This document shows, piece by piece, positions 11,708-25,876 of a stretch of 64,000 nt of DNA; within the stretch, counting starts at the first letter, position 1; every line of letters starts with the position of its first letter. Origin of the DNA: Tubiluchus corallicola (lineage: Eukaryota; Animalia; Priapulida); assembly GCA_030141605.1 (NCBI GenBank), contig JAQGDQ010000839.1, positions 1 through 64,000 of the forward strand, in the 5' to 3' direction. A program made the translations under genes and the position numbers. The notes beneath the pieces were generated by a model. The model worked only from the letters and a program-made list of their open reading frames with translations, did not search any database and was not told where the DNA came from.

Positions 11708-12530
11708 TACATAATAATCTTTATTTGACATTAAAATACATTAATAATCACTGATAAAAACTTTATAGAGATGATCAATCAGTGTTAGTTAATAAAAACT
11801 TACACTGCTAAAGGCAAATGCGTCAGTGCAATCTAAACTACTGTGCAGTAATGGAAAGTAACGACGAATAAAATCAAACGTATTTACAACTATGCACAAA
11901 AAATGAAAAAATTATGATTTAATTAATATGGCTGTGGATATATGAATTCTGAATTAGTGTGTATGTTGTCGTACTGGTGTGATGGTATTTCATATCTGGT
12001 TAATATTAGTGATTTTAATTTTGTTTTAAATGCTGATAGGGACTTGATTTGTTTAACCTGTAATGGTAGAGAATTCCAAAGTAGAATTGCTTGTTTGATT
12101 ACAGAGTTCGTTCCCTAGTGGGTATTTGTCCTAATTTGTTTTAGATTGCTTGTTCTGGAAATAACGATAGGATTTGGAAAAAAGGTAAATCTGTTATTCT
12201 GGAATGGTTTGCTGATGTTGTTAATGTATTTAAATACAAAAAGCAGAGTAAAATATTCTTTGTGTGCTTCAATGATTGGGGAATTTAAAGTTTTTCTCAG
12301 GTTAGTTGTGGAAGCTTTGAATCTTTGTCTACCTGCCTTATGTTTGTATGAGTACCCAGCTATCAATCTCAACGCTTTGAAGGAGATTTAATTTTAAGTA
12401 ATTTTCTCTTTTGGTTTTTTGAAGTAGCGTACATCCATATAAGAAGTGTGGTAGAATTAAAGTTTTATATATCAGTGTCTTAGTTTCCTTTGTTAGTTGC
12501 CCTTTAACTTGGAGATATGATATATTTTAT
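11708..12530 (-). mobile_element. 5'-truncated L2/Crack-like LINE 3' end
   Basis: Remnants TLIYKTLILPH and LWNSLP...FKTKLK; AATAAAG(ATT)n tail; near-identical copy at 45243-45680. Confidence 0.8.
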
Positions 12531-13364
12531 CGCTAAGACGAGAAGTCGAACTACAAATCTTTAAGTCTTAATATGAGTGGAGTCTCCAAAATCATGTAAT
12601 CCACAGGATCTCAAAATCCTGAAAACTAAATCTCGCATCAACATTTTCTCTAAATTAGATATGCTTTCAAATATTTTCATTTCTTTCTAGTCATAGCATA
12701 TGTAAATGCACTGATCACATCTTAATTTAGTCTTAGTTTAGTTTAGTTTATTATTATCACATTCAGTATCATATAATAATGTGTAATAATAATAATTCCG
12801 TGTAATATAATATAATAATATAATAATTCAGTGTAATACATAGTGACAGTGACTGTGATAAATTCATACTGTGATAAATTGTTATATTTCATACACTATC
12901 GTTATCATAAAAGAATAATTGTACTGCAGTGGGCTAGAGAAGCAAAGGCTTGTATAAGCCCACTGTCATGTGAACCCGATAAAAAAAAGAATGGATGAGT
13001 GAACAAAAAAAGAACTGGGAAAAAGGTTGGATCACACAGGAAGGGTAGAAGGATGTGTTAGTGGAAATGGTAGGAAGAAAGATAATAGATTGTGCTATGT
13101 TGACATCAGCTCTAAAGATTTATCAATGATGCCTTGTTTTGCATAATCTGTACATGAATATAAATATGGATTCTGTATGAATATGGATATCATTTCTGTA
13201 TATGAATATGAATTCTATTTTATTGCCTTGCAATTTAGTCACTGGGTTATTCCAATTTTTCTGCATTAATCAGTTCAGATTCGAAAAAGTTTCTCTATAG
13301 TTTAGGTAAGGACAATATATATATATATATATTATTCTTGTATATACAAGGACAATATATATTA

Positions 13365-13860
13365 ATTCTTTATTTGTCATTAAAATGGTTCACTCATTAT
13401 AATAAAATTGAGTAAGTCTCAGCCTAAAGTTAAAATAACAACACTGTTCAAGACAAATGCGTCCAGTGCTGACTAAAAAAACCAAAGTGCAAAACTATGG
13501 CCTAATTATATACAATAAATGAACATATGTACAAACACCATATTACAAAACAATATTACAAAAGTACATTAAATTTTACATGACATATTATACACCATTT
13601 ATACATTTGACATTGCAAAACTAACATAACACGTATTACATTACATAATTAAAAAAAAAAAATCATTTTTAATCGTTTTATGGAGTCAGGGGCGGGGGGT
13701 AGATGAAAGATGAGTCTGTGCAATTAATATCAGATGCACAATGTGGAAGTTGAAACCTGTTATACTGATATTCTTTTAATTTCTTTTTAAAGTGGTGGAG
13801 AGATTCTATTTGTTTTATTTCACTGGGTAGTAAGTTCCATAAATGTATGGCCTGCGGGAT
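13365..13860 (-). mobile_element. LINE 3' end (related family)
   Basis: LWNLLP-x-EIK...FKKKLK remnant; similar 3'UTR at 37285-37930. Confidence 0.7.
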
Positions 13861-13909
13861 TTCGACACTTCCCTATTTTGTGCAAACTCTGTCTGGATTT
13901 TCTTTGATT

Positions 13910-14267
<358 letters not shown>

Positions 14268-14518
14268 TTGGCCATAGACTTACGCAAAACTGCAGTAAAC
14301 TTACAAAAAATGACTGACTGGCTAACCTACTAAAGCTAGACGCAAATGCTTCGTTTCTGAAAAGCGGGAAAGAACTGATACTTTAGGTCGGCTTAGTAAT
14401 ACGATAATTATCCGTATTTGTTCCTGTGTAATAAAATATATTAATGGCCTTTTGTTTACGTTTGCGTAAAAATATCGTGTGCTCAACCGAGGTATTTGTG
14501 GACATCTTCACACAATAC

Positions 14519-14815
14519 CAGGGGTGAGCATCGAATGTTCGAGTTCGATTCGAAACAGTTTTTTTAGTTCGAATTCAATTTGAAATAGCAAGCAATAAGC
14601 ACAGTTTAATTGTGATTTTTCTACACGGTTTCTAAGCAAATTATTGATGTTTTCATTCCAGAAAGAAATCGAGTAATATGTATGTAGGTTTTTGAGAGGT
14701 CGTTTTTCACTAGTGATTCGAAAATTTATTCGGAAATCTTTAAAATTGAATTCCAAAAAATGCCGAAATTCGGTTTGGTTCGAATTCGCTTTCTGATAAA
14801 GAATGCTCACACCTA
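14519..14815. mobile_element. MITE with TIR (C/T)AGGGGTGAGCAT...ATGCTCACACCTA (hAT-like)
   Basis: Terminal inverted repeats and internal TTCGAA repeats; truncated copy at 21806-22080; TSD not evident. Confidence 0.6.
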
Positions 14816-14927
14816 ACAAGCACCACAACTTGCAAAACTCCAACCCAATACGATGTAATGCTGGTTGCAAAGTTATATCATCATTCCTTAAATGGTCTTA
14901 AACCTCAAAAGTTTGTCCTTCATAAGT

Positions 14928-15424
14928 ATACACACACACGCATGCACTCACGCACGCACGCACACGCACATGCACACACACATGCACACACGCACACACA
15001 CATACACACACACGCACTCACACACGCACTCACGCACGCACACACACGCACACACACACATGCACACGCACACGCACACACACACATGCACACACACACA
15101 TACATGCACACACATGCACACACACACACATGCACACACACACATGCACACACACACACGCGCACACACACACACATACATGCACACGAACATACATGCA
15201 CACACACACATACACACACACAACGCACATGCACGCACTCTCACGCACACGCACACGCACACACACACACACACACACAAACATAACGCACACGCACGCA
15301 CACACACAACGCACACGCACACACGGACGCTCGCGCACACATACACACACACACACACACAACGCACACGCACGCACGCACGGCCGTTCGCGTGCACACA
15401 CACACACACACGCACACGCACGCG
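14928..15424. repeat. (CA)n/(CACG)n microsatellite
   Basis: Direct reading. Confidence 0.95.
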
Positions 15425-15630
15425 CGATTATTGGGCTGAGTAGCCAGTTGTTATGTCATTGTGTTTGTAATTTAAAGCTCCCTGATTCAAATTCATGTTT
15501 TTTATGGCTTCTTTCAGACAAATTTGGTTACAAAAATCAATAATTGTGGCTTCGCTTCATCAGCTGTTCAGGACGCTCAATGTAAGAAAACATCGTAAGT
15601 ATTAAAATGAACATTAATTTTAGAACTTAC

Positions 15631-15741
15631 CGTTTTGAATAAATCCAGCTCCAATACAGGCCACGCCACCCAAAATCATTGTCAGTGCCAGTGATAACCT
15701 TCGACCGAGATAGTTCATTGAGAGAATGCAAAGTATATACC
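15631..15741 (-). CDS. Orct: SLC22 exon 9 (GYILCILSMNYLGRR...GFIQN)
   Basis: GRR motif, TCACAG acceptor, GTAAGT donor. Confidence 0.93.
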
Positions 15742-15769
15742 CTGTGAAAACAAGAAACGAGATAAAGCA

Positions 15770-16470
15770 GCTTGTTTGGTTGGTTGATTCGTTAACTGAT
15801 TGAATGGTTACCTGGCTGGCTGATTGGTTGGATGGAATGTTGTTTGGTTGTTTGGTTGGTTGATTCGCTGAATGATTGAATGGCTGCCTGGCTAGCTGAT
15901 TGGTTGGATGGTATGTTGTTTGATTGTTTGGTTGATTTGTTGGATGATTCGTTGACTGATTGAATGGCTACCTGGCTGGCTGATTGGTTGGATGGTATGT
16001 TGTTTGGTTGGTTGATTCGTTGACTGATTGAATGGCTACCTGGCTAGCTGATTGGTTGGATGGTATGTTGTTTGGCTGGTTGATTCGTTGACTGATTGAA
16101 TGGCTACCTGGCTAGCTGATTGGTTTGATGGTATGTTGTTTGGTTGGTTGATTCGTTGACTGATTGAATGGCTGCCTGGCTAGCTGATTGGTTGGATGGT
16201 ATTATTGTTTGGTTGTTTGGTTGATTTGTTATTTGACTGATTGAATGGCTACCTGGCTGGCTGATTGGTTGGATGGTATGTTGTTTGATTGTTTGGTTGG
16301 TTGGCTCGTTAACCGATTGAATGGCTACCTGGCTAGCTGATTGGGTGGATCGTATGTTGTTTGATTGGTTGATTCGTTGACTGATTGAATGGCTACCTGG
16401 CCAGCTGATCGGTTGGATGGTTGTTTGTTTGGTTGGTTGGTTGACAGGCTACCTGGCTGACTGATTAGTT
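15770..16470. repeat. About 62-80-bp GT-rich minisatellite
   Basis: GATTCGTTGACTGATTGAATGGCTACCTGG unit. Confidence 0.88.
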
Positions 16471-17221
16471 GACCGACTAATTGTTGGGTAACTGATTGGC
16501 TAGATGTTCGTTATTCTTATTATTATTATTATTATTTTAAATCCACATTCGTTATAGTTTAGTTTATTGACAAACGACACAATACAATATACAACACAAT
16601 GGACATGAAAAATCACACGTTACACGTCACAACCCAACACTTGGGTCATAATTATTGAAACAGTAAAGGAAACAATAGAGGTTAAACAGTGAATAATATT
16701 TACACGTTTACAAAAATCATGTAATTACAGTAATGTACTTTTGCTATCAATTGTACATGGTTTTCTGCGACTAAGATATCATTTTCTTGTTTTAACCCCT
16801 TCGGTCCCAAATTATTTTTGATCGACCGAACAATCGACCGACGTCGGTCAGTCAGCCTGCTAGCCAATCAGCGTTTGTCAGTCAGTTAGTCAGTTAGTAA
16901 ACCAGTCGAACATTAACTAAAGACTGGCTGGTTTATTTATCGATTGGCAACGTCATAGCTTGTTGTCAATGCATAAAATACTTTAGATGAATTAACTAAA
17001 CTTCTAAATGAAGCCAAAGGCATGTTGCATCAACACAAACACTAACAGTTTTGGCATTTGCAAGGATTCAAAAAATGCCTGCTAAAAGCTTAATTGTGTT
17101 TTCTTTCTACTAAAAAAGGGGTTAATTTAATATATTATAGATTAGTAATTCCCCCACGCAAATCTACCTTTTTTACCTGCATGTTTTTACCAAGCGTTGC
17201 ACTAGGTAGCTAATGACTTAC

Positions 17222-17325
17222 CAGGTATTTCGACCGCTCCAGAGAGCACAAAATTGACGTATTCATCGCCAACGAGAGCAGCAGTATTGAGAGATAATCC
17301 GTAGTAGACTAAGCTGGCTACAAAC
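17222..17325 (-). CDS. Orct: SLC22 exon 8 (FVASLVYYGLSLN...GAVEIP)
   Basis: YYGLSL and VEIP motifs, TTTAG acceptor, GTAAGT donor. Confidence 0.94.
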
Positions 17326-17382
17326 CTAAATAGAGTAATAACAGACGGTGAAGTTTTGGTGTTTACTCTCTACGTGATTGCC

Positions 17383-17470
17383 ATCTCTCCTTCTCTCTTT
17401 CTCTTTCTCCCCTCTCTTCTCCCCCTTCTCTCTTTCTCTCTCTCTGTTTCTCTTTCTCCTCCCTCTCTCT

Positions 17471-17501
<31 letters not shown>

Positions 17502-17780
17502 TGTCTTTCTCCCTTCTCTCTCTCTTTCCCCCTCTCTCTCTCCTTATCTCCTTCTCTTTCTCCCCCCTCTCTCTCTTCCCCCTCTCTCTCCCTTCTCTCT
17601 CTCTCTCTCCCCTCTCTCTCTCTCTGTTCTCTTTCTCTCATCTCTCTCTTACCCTCTCTCTCTCTCTCTCTCTCTTTCTCTTTCTCTTTCTCTTTCTCCC
17701 CTCTCTCTCTCCCCCACCCTCTCTCTCTCTTTCCCCCTCTCTCTTTCTCTCTCTCTCTCTCCTTATCTCCTTCTCTTTCT

Positions 17781-17820
<40 letters not shown>

Positions 17821-17839
17821 TCTCTTTCTCCCCGCTCTC

Positions 17840-17872
<33 letters not shown>

Positions 17873-17970
17873 ATCTCCCTTCTCTTTCTCTCTCCCTTCT
17901 CTCTCCCTCTTTCTCCCCTCTCTTCTCCCCCCTCTCTCTCCTCCCTAATCTCTCTCTCCTCTCCTTCTCT
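17383..17970. repeat. (CT)n-rich polypyrimidine tract
   Basis: Direct reading. Confidence 0.95.
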
Positions 17971-18602
17971 CAAAAAATTGGACTCAAGCGACCATCCAGC
18001 CCACACTAGGCCGTTCTCTGTTTGTAATGACCACTGGACGGCTCGAACCAGAGCTCTCTGTGGCCGAGAGACCTCTGTTCGAATACCACGTCCTAAAACA
18101 AGATTAATAAACCAAACGACTGGGAGTCATTCACCAGGTTTGAAAGAGCGGTATGAAGCCCGATCAAAATGCTTCACTGACTATTGTAGATGAATAAATT
18201 AGTAAATCTTGAAATTACAAACTGTTATTTTTATAGTGAATGAAACTTTATGATGAATCCTTGAGCAGCTGACTAAACACAAGAAAGTGCCCTCTAGGGG
18301 TTGCCAAACCCTCACATTTGCACCGAAACAGTTGGGTGGCAAGTCCTGGGAGGGCGGAAGCAGGCTGGTCCTGTCCGGTGCTCAAACTAACACCAGCAGC
18401 CCCACTGCACTCAAGGAAACAGAATACGCCACTTATATTTTTAGACTTTGCACAGGTGAAATAGGTAAGTATTTAAATTTGAGCCAATAAGAAGGTAGGA
18501 TTTGCGAATTTTATGCAGGTAAAATTCTTACTTTTCGATTTACAGGGGTGTTTTACTTTAAAGCGATGTTGAAATAACGTACATGCCGCATATCTGTGTC
18601 CT

Positions 18603-19024
18603 TGAGTGAATGAAAGTTGAGTGAGTGAGTGAGTGAGTGAGTAAGTGGGTGAGTGAGTGAGTGAGTGAGTGAATGAGTGAGTGAGTGAATGAGTGAGTGA
18701 GTGAGTGAGTGAGTGAGAGAGTGAGTGAGTGAGCGATTGAGTGAGTGAATGAGTGAGTGATTGAGTGAGTGATTGAGTGAGTGAGTGAGTGAGTGGGTGA
18801 GTGAGTGAGTGAGTGAGTGAGCGAGTGAGTGAGTGAGTGAGTGAGTGAGTGATTGAGTGAGTGATTGAGTGAGTGATTGAGTGAGTAAATGAGTGAGTGA
18901 GTGACTGAGTGAGTGAGTGAGTGAGTGAGTGACTGAGTGACTGACTGAGTGAGTGAGTGAGTGAGTGAGTGAGTGAGTGAGTGAGTGAGTGAGTGAGTGA
19001 GTGAGTGAGTGAGTGAGTGAGTGA
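18603..19024. repeat. (GAGT)n microsatellite
   Basis: Direct reading. Confidence 0.95.
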
Positions 19025-19046
19025 AACAGAGCGAAGCTCAGCCCCG

Positions 19047-19168
19047 CACTCGATATACCGATGTCCTCGAGTCGACGCAAATAGGCGAAATGTACAACTA
19101 AACGAACTGGGAAATGAGAATTTAAATCTTGTGTATTGGACCAAAAATCAAAATTTAATATCGCCACT
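19047..19168 (+). repeat. Dispersed repeat of about 120 bp, second copy at 54697-54818
   Basis: CACTCGATATACCGATGTCCTCGAGTCG... occurs twice. Confidence 0.85.
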
Positions 19169-19559
19169 AACCTACTTTGTAAAGGACCCTTTTATTTTAA
19201 GATCCTGCTGTTAATTTTTAGTAAAATAGGGATTAAATTTGTGTAGTTCTTGAGATTACTGATTGTAACTCTTGTGGATTTAAACATTGAATTGGAATTT
19301 AATAATTTGGTATATCAGTTTATCTGCATTTTTATGTTACTTCACAGGAAACTTGCTGCATTAATAACCTTGATTTTAGCACGCACTTTAATACTTCTTG
19401 TTTAATATCACTGTAAGAAATGTTATACGCACAAATTAGAAAAGCTAATTACAGAATCCGTAAATGTAATATTGTAGAATTCACTCTGTATAGTGTCTAT
19501 GTAAAATTGTATAATGTTAGTACAGATATTTTTGCCTGCAAAAAGGGGCTAATAAAGAC

Positions 19560-19613
<54 letters not shown>

Positions 19614-19709
19614 GTCATCAGCCCCGCAACAATACTATAGAGGATTAGAGGTTTAAAAACGCATCCGAGTACTCCATCAATTTTATATTACTTGGCCACA
19701 AAAGCTTAC

Positions 19710-19807
19710 CACTCAAAGAACATGATGAGAGATTTCCTTCTCATGTTTGGTGTACGTAACAGGTCAATCATGGTGTGCTTTTGAGAATGCTCGCTTCCTT
19801 TGTTTTC
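19710..19807 (-). CDS. Orct: SLC22 exon 7 (ENKGSEH...IDLLRTPNMRRKSLIMFFEW)
   Basis: DLxRTPxMR motif, CTATAG acceptor, GTAAGC donor. Confidence 0.92.
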
Positions 19808-19962
19808 CTATAGCATAAAATAACTTCCAGAATCTGCATAGATAAATGACTAGCAAATTAAAGCGCCATCTATCAACAATCAGTGAAGTTTTTTATCTGT
19901 AAGAAATATCATTCATTGAGCTCTATTTTCCATTAAAAATGTTGACATTCCTAAAATAAAAG

Positions 19963-20298
19963 AGATTTTTAAATGGTGTTGCCATGACGGGAGACAGATT
20001 TCAAGATTTTTAAATGGTGTTGCCATGACGGGAGACAGATTTCAAGATTTTTAAATGGTGTTGCCATGTCGGGAGACAGATTTCAAGATTTTTAAATGGT
20101 GTTGCCATGACGGGAGACAGATTTCCAGATTTTTAAATGGTGTTGCCATGTCGGGAGATAGATTTCAAGATTTTTAAATGGTGTTGCCATGTCGGGAGAC
20201 AGATTTCCAGATTTTTAAATGGTGTTGCCATGTCGGGAGATAGATTTCAAGATTTTTAAATGGTGTTGCCATGTCGGGAGACAGATTTCAAGATTTTG
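19963..20298. repeat. 41-bp minisatellite, about 8 copies
   Basis: GATTTTTAAATGGTGTTGCCATG... unit. Confidence 0.95.
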
Positions 20299-21429
20299 AA
20301 CAAGACTTAAGCATATCAGAAAATTGCTTGAAATTTATCATGTTTGGTTAAAACAGCCTAGTAACTTTCCTTGTTAAGTCATAATCAAGCATTTTCCCAT
20401 CAAAGAGAAAGTAATTGATTAGGATAGTAGAGACTACAATTGTTAAAATACATGAAAACCCCCCACTTACATAAAGCTTAAAAAATTAGTCTTGAGAAAT
20501 TATACCATATACATACTGCCGTTTTGCATGCAGGGTTGCGCCGGCAGTAACGCTGTATAAAAATCCAGCGATGACCGTTAGGCGCTGCCATTTTAATGGT
20601 AGGTCGCTTGAAACAAGTTTGGATAGCATTGAGTAAAGTTTGAAAAAATAATCAAAACATTCGTAGCATACATATTACTAACTAAATGAAATTTTAAATT
20701 AATGTATTTTTTTAATAAGATCAAAAATACGTTTTTGGTTAGCGAGTGGTGCACCCTGGAGGGTGAGTCAGCGACATTTTACTAATTGGCACGAACATTT
20801 TAAATTATTAGTCTAGTTACATAAGTCTTTCCAGCAGGTAAGTAATATAGATTTGCATGGAAAGTTTTTTGGGACGTGGTTTAACATTTCCTTTTCCCTG
20901 ATTTACGTTGTGCGTATATGACGTCATGTAATGGCGTCGTCGGAACAGTATTGCGGGAAATTTAAAATCAAATTAAACAAAAATTCCATTTAACGCGAGT
21001 ACGATATATGCATAAAAATGCTGTAAAATAACATAATTTTTAAGGCGATTTTTCTGAAACCTATTTCCGGTACCCCTTTTCTTGTCCATTAAGTAAGTGG
21101 AGTCAGTGAAACAACAGTTTCAGATAAACATGAAACTGGATATATTTTAAAAATGCAGGCTTGGAAAACATATACAAAATATCAAACAATCTGAGATTAG
21201 CACCGGATTTGGTTGTTTTTTTCCTGCACAACCAGTAAATCATTCTACATAAACATAAAGGTAAGTTCAAAAGTCCACTGCATTCACCGGCAAGCCTGCT
21301 TACTATTTTACGGTGTAACTGCGAATGTTATTTACAATATTAACATACAAAAAATATTCACTTTTTTATCATCATTTATAATATTGACTTAACGAAAAGT
21401 TCAAGGACTTTTACGCCCACAGAACGTAC

Positions 21430-21550
21430 TCTAGCAAAGACGTGTTCGGGCAGGTAGACTTTGTTCACATGAGCGGCTCTCTTAACGACGTCTTCCGCTT
21501 CTTCGAATCGCTTTTCGGCCAACAACCATCTGACGGACTCGGGTAGTATC
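21430..21550 (-). CDS. Orct: SLC22 exon 6 (ILPESVRWLLAEKRFEEA...HVFAR)
   Basis: PESxRWL motif; TTACAG acceptor; GTACGT donor chosen because it gives the phase 0 required by exon 7. Confidence 0.85.
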
Positions 21551-22084
21551 CTGTAACACCGTCACAGCCGTCGCCGTGACGTAAACTAATTACCAAGTTA
21601 ATTAGTTAATTTCTATTGTGGTGTTGCTGGTCAAAATTTTAAAAATTGCCGAATTCAAGGCAAGTGAATGAAGGATGATGATGATGTGTTCTGGAATGCG
21701 TCTTTTGCACTCATTTTAAATTGAGATCTTGGTACTTTTAACCATAGACTTTCATATTTTAACCATAGACGTTTGATCCGTTTGCGATAGATACTCACTC
21801 TTGATAGGGGTGAGCATCGAACGGCCGAGTTCGAACATACGAATCGAATTCGAATGCTCGAATTCGATTCGAACGAGTTTTTTAGTTCGAACTCGATTCG
21901 AATCCAAAACTATAGATTCGAATAATTCAGCACTTCAATCACATATGTCCTTTTAAATTAAAACGATTGAAACAACATGCAATTAGCATAATTTAGTTGT
22001 GATTTCTCTGCACAATTTTAAGCAGATTACTAGTCGTTTTACTGCAGAACAAAACTTGCGACTTTTGAACTCGAATCAAACCAA

Positions 22085-22566
22085 ACAGACACAGGAAAGT
22101 TCAAATGTGACTTAGGTAAGTCAAATGTAGACACAGGAAAGTTCAAATGTGACTTAGGTAAGTCAAATGTAGACATAGAAATTTCGAATGTGTTTTGGTA
22201 ACTCAGATGTGACTTAGGTAAGTCAAATGTAGATGCGGTACTTTGAATAAATCTCTATGATGTCTGCACGGAATTTTGATAGACAAAGTACTTCTAGGTT
22301 GCATGTCTGCCCGGGACTTTTTAATGGACAAAGTACTGCTAAGTTGCATGTCTGCCCGGGACTTTTTAATGGACAAAGTACTGCTAAGTTGCATGTCTGC
22401 CCGGGACTTTTTAATAGACAAAGTACTGCTAGGTTGCATGCCTGCCCAGGACTTTTTGATAGACAAAGTACTGCTAGGTTGCATGTCTGCCCGGGACTTT
22501 TTAATAGACAAAGTACTGCTAGGTTGCATGTCTGCCCGGGACTTTTTAATAGACAAAGTACTGCTA
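22085..22566. repeat. 42-bp and 45-bp minisatellites abutting a truncated MITE
   Basis: Direct reading. Confidence 0.9.
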
Positions 22567-22616
22567 AAACAATGGAAATGCTAGGCTTCACATTAGATTA
22601 GCTGAGACGCACTCAC

Positions 22617-22785
22617 CAGTAATAGCAAAGAAACAGCGTCCCAGGAAGAGTGACTGCAAGCTCCAACCACATCCAATCTCGGATGAGGTAAGCAAGAAGC
22701 CCGTCGAGCATAAATCCGACGGCAAAGAAACCCTGCACTGCTATGCCACACGGTGTCCGAACCGTGTCACCAATCATTTCTAAAG
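22617..22785 (-). CDS. Orct: SLC22 exon 5 (LEMIGDTVR...LIRDWMWL...YYW)
   Basis: 169-nt exon, TTCCAG acceptor, GTGAGT donor. Confidence 0.95.
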
Positions 22786-24319
22786 CTGGAAAAAGTGTAG
22801 TGATTACCGACAAACACTTGCAAACTGAAAAAGCAGAGTCGGGAAGCAAAGACTGGTGAGTAAATGAAAATAGATGTTAATATGGACGTATAATCAAAAA
22901 ATTGTCGAACCAGAAACAAGCTAAAAGAAACTGATTAGAGAACCATAAAGATTGTAACATATTATATGTTTACATATTACATATATAAATATACGTGTTT
23001 ATATACATATAATATTATTATTATAATAATGCATACGTTATTAATATTAATATTATATGCTTATATTATAAAGTTAATAATATTAATATTATTATTAATA
23101 CGTTTTGTCACACATATTATTACGTTTTACATACATATTATTATTATATATTAATACAAGCCATAATAATCACATTAAAGTCATTATTAATAATGTTTCA
23201 TACATACATACATACATATATATTGTATTGTCGTCACATACATATACATGTCATTATTATCACATGTTTATTACACGTTAATAAGTTTATTAATATTATT
23301 ATACATGATGTATAATATTATGTTTATTGCTATTATTAATACGTTTAATATTATATATGCTTTGACACATATTATTATATATGCTACATATGTTGAAAAG
23401 AAAAAAGAAGAGAGAGGAAAGAGAGAGAGAGCGGGAAAGAGAGGGGAAGGGAGGAGAGAGAGAGAGAGAAAGGGGGAGGGAGGCGAAAGAGAGAGAGAGA
23501 GAGGGGCGAGAAGAGAGAAAAGGAGAGAAAGAGAGAGACAGGGAGAAAGAGAGAAGTGTACAGACGTAAAGAAAGAAAGAACTGACAAATTGCCAACAGG
23601 TAGAAGAATAACAAAGGAAATGGAAAGAGAAGCCAATTAAAGTCAACAAACGCCAAACAGCAAAAAAGTAATGACAACAGTGTCAGTTAGTGCTAGTTAG
23701 AGTCAAATTAGAGTCAAATTAGAGTCAAATTAGTGTCAAATTAGTGTCAAATTAGTGTCAACAATAGTAAAAGCATCGGTAACACGAACATCGACAGTTA
23801 TAGCAGAAAAAATAAAAGATAATAAAGGTCAAGAAATACTAGAACACAAAGCCAAGCCACAAGAGAATTTAAACGCGCACGAGAAAACGAACAATGACGA
23901 CAAACGGTTGATAAAGAGACGCAAAGACTAAAGAAACAATGTGAGACAAAACCGAACAGAACAACGAGGAACAACAATGCAAGAAGTCCATTCAAGTCCA
24001 GGAGCCCAGAACGTTTATTCATATGAACAGAGGTGTAAGGTTTGACATGCTCATTTAGTAGCTAAAAGATACTACTTCAAAGAACCACAATGCTGCCGAC
24101 CTCTGGCCTGACCATTAAAGGGTTAGGGGGGTCATTTATGCATTATTAATTAAACATAGATGGGAAAAGGCAGTTTCTCATCCATATTGATTCCTATTGA
24201 GCCAATATTTCGAAAACACATATGGCAGCAATTTGAGCTAAACGTGACCTTGAACAGTGACCGTCAAGATGACCTCAAAAGTTATTTAATCAAACGAAGT
24301 CCGGCATGGGAAATGAATG

Positions 24320-24772
24320 GCTCTGGATTCATTGTATCAACAAACTAGGATTGTTATGTTTGATGAATTAAATGAAATGCTTCTGCCTGAAAACCTTAAT
24401 ATAGCTGCCTTAGGAACTAATGATCTGTTGAAATTTTTATTATTCGGAAAAGATGAATTTAACTATGTTGCTAACTGTAAAATAGTCCAATGCATACATG
24501 ACTTTATATTACGTACTAAACGCTTCCAGTAGTTTCTATCTGATATGAAATGCATCAGTCTTAAATAATCGTACATTAATATTTTGTTACCGTCATTTTC
24601 TACTAATGTCTAATGCAATCTTGTAGTAAAACTTGGCAGCTTGTGTAGTCATAGTCTATTCTTACTGTAAATGTTTTTGTAAATAGTGTATAAAGTCTGT
24701 TGTGATGAGGATCCTAAATCATGTTATACAAACTGTCTGATCCAATCCTAAATAAATTATGTTTAAACTAAC
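24320..24772 (+). mobile_element. CR1/L2-group LINE 3' end
   Basis: ORF remnant LLFG...N-x-x-I...FILRTKRF* plus 3'UTR; inverted copy at 33140-34710. Confidence 0.8.
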
Positions 24773-24973
24773 TAAAAACATCAGTGACAGGAATCTTTTC
24801 GTGAACGGAAATAATTAACAGTAAAATTTTTCTACGGGCTACCAGTTCAGGTCAGAAGTCGGCAGCAATCTAAATGAGCATGTCTCTCTTCGTATGATGA
24901 AACGTTCTGGACTCCTGGTCTATTCCTGCGCGTCTCGATGAATGAAAAGCATGAATGAAATGCGTTTACTTAC

Positions 24974-25128
24974 CAAGAACAAAAAGTACTAGATAAACTC
25001 CAGACGTCACGCAACCAACCAGAAATCTTGAGATGGTGAAACTGATGTACTCAGGCATGAATGCAGATATTGTGCCAAACAACAGTAAAAGAGCCAGCGA
25101 AAACGAATGTACAGTCAATCTTCCAATC
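24974..25128 (-). CDS. Orct: SLC22 exon 4 (IGRLTVHSF...SRFLVG...VLFVL)
   Basis: 155-nt exon, ATGCAG acceptor, GTAAGT donor. Confidence 0.95.
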
Positions 25129-25876
25129 CTGCATAAAACCAGGATGGCAATCACCATTGGACAACTTTGTAACATTTCAATGTTTATGTCATTATAGAGT
25201 AATGATATTTTTTCCCAAATAAAACGTTCTTAAATTACAAAGGATCTATCTTTTAGAGGAACGACTTCTTAGATTAGATTTTTTAGATTTAGATTTAATA
25301 ATTTAGATAATAGATTTAATAAACATATACATCTAGATTAGACTAGATGTATATGTTTATTGCGATTTATTTCGCAATAAACATATACATATACATTACA
25401 TGTGCATCGATAATCAGTTTTTGTTAATACAAAAATATGATACAATTCATGAATTCTGCGCTAGAGACCTAAGAAGCCAGGTTATGGTAGGCCACTAGTA
25501 TTAGTTACGAAAAAAATTACAATATATACAGATACAATATTACAATATATACAAACATAAATACGGGTGGGAAGTAATAAAAATATTATTATACCAGAGG
25601 GAAAGTTTTTGAAAATGAAAAACAACAAATCATAATTGAGTGATCAGTTATATTTTTCAAGTAAGTTTAATTTATATTTTTTTAAAGATGGACAGCGAGT
25701 TGCATTTTTAATAGCTGGAGCAATTGAATTCCATATGTAAGGGCCATTGAATTTAATAGAAAATTTTCTAACATTAGTGTTATATTTTTCTATTATATTT
25801 TCCGGTTATATTTTCAGGTTGTTTCTCAGGTTTTCACGTTAATGTTTATTCCACAGACTGACTGACTAACTGACTC

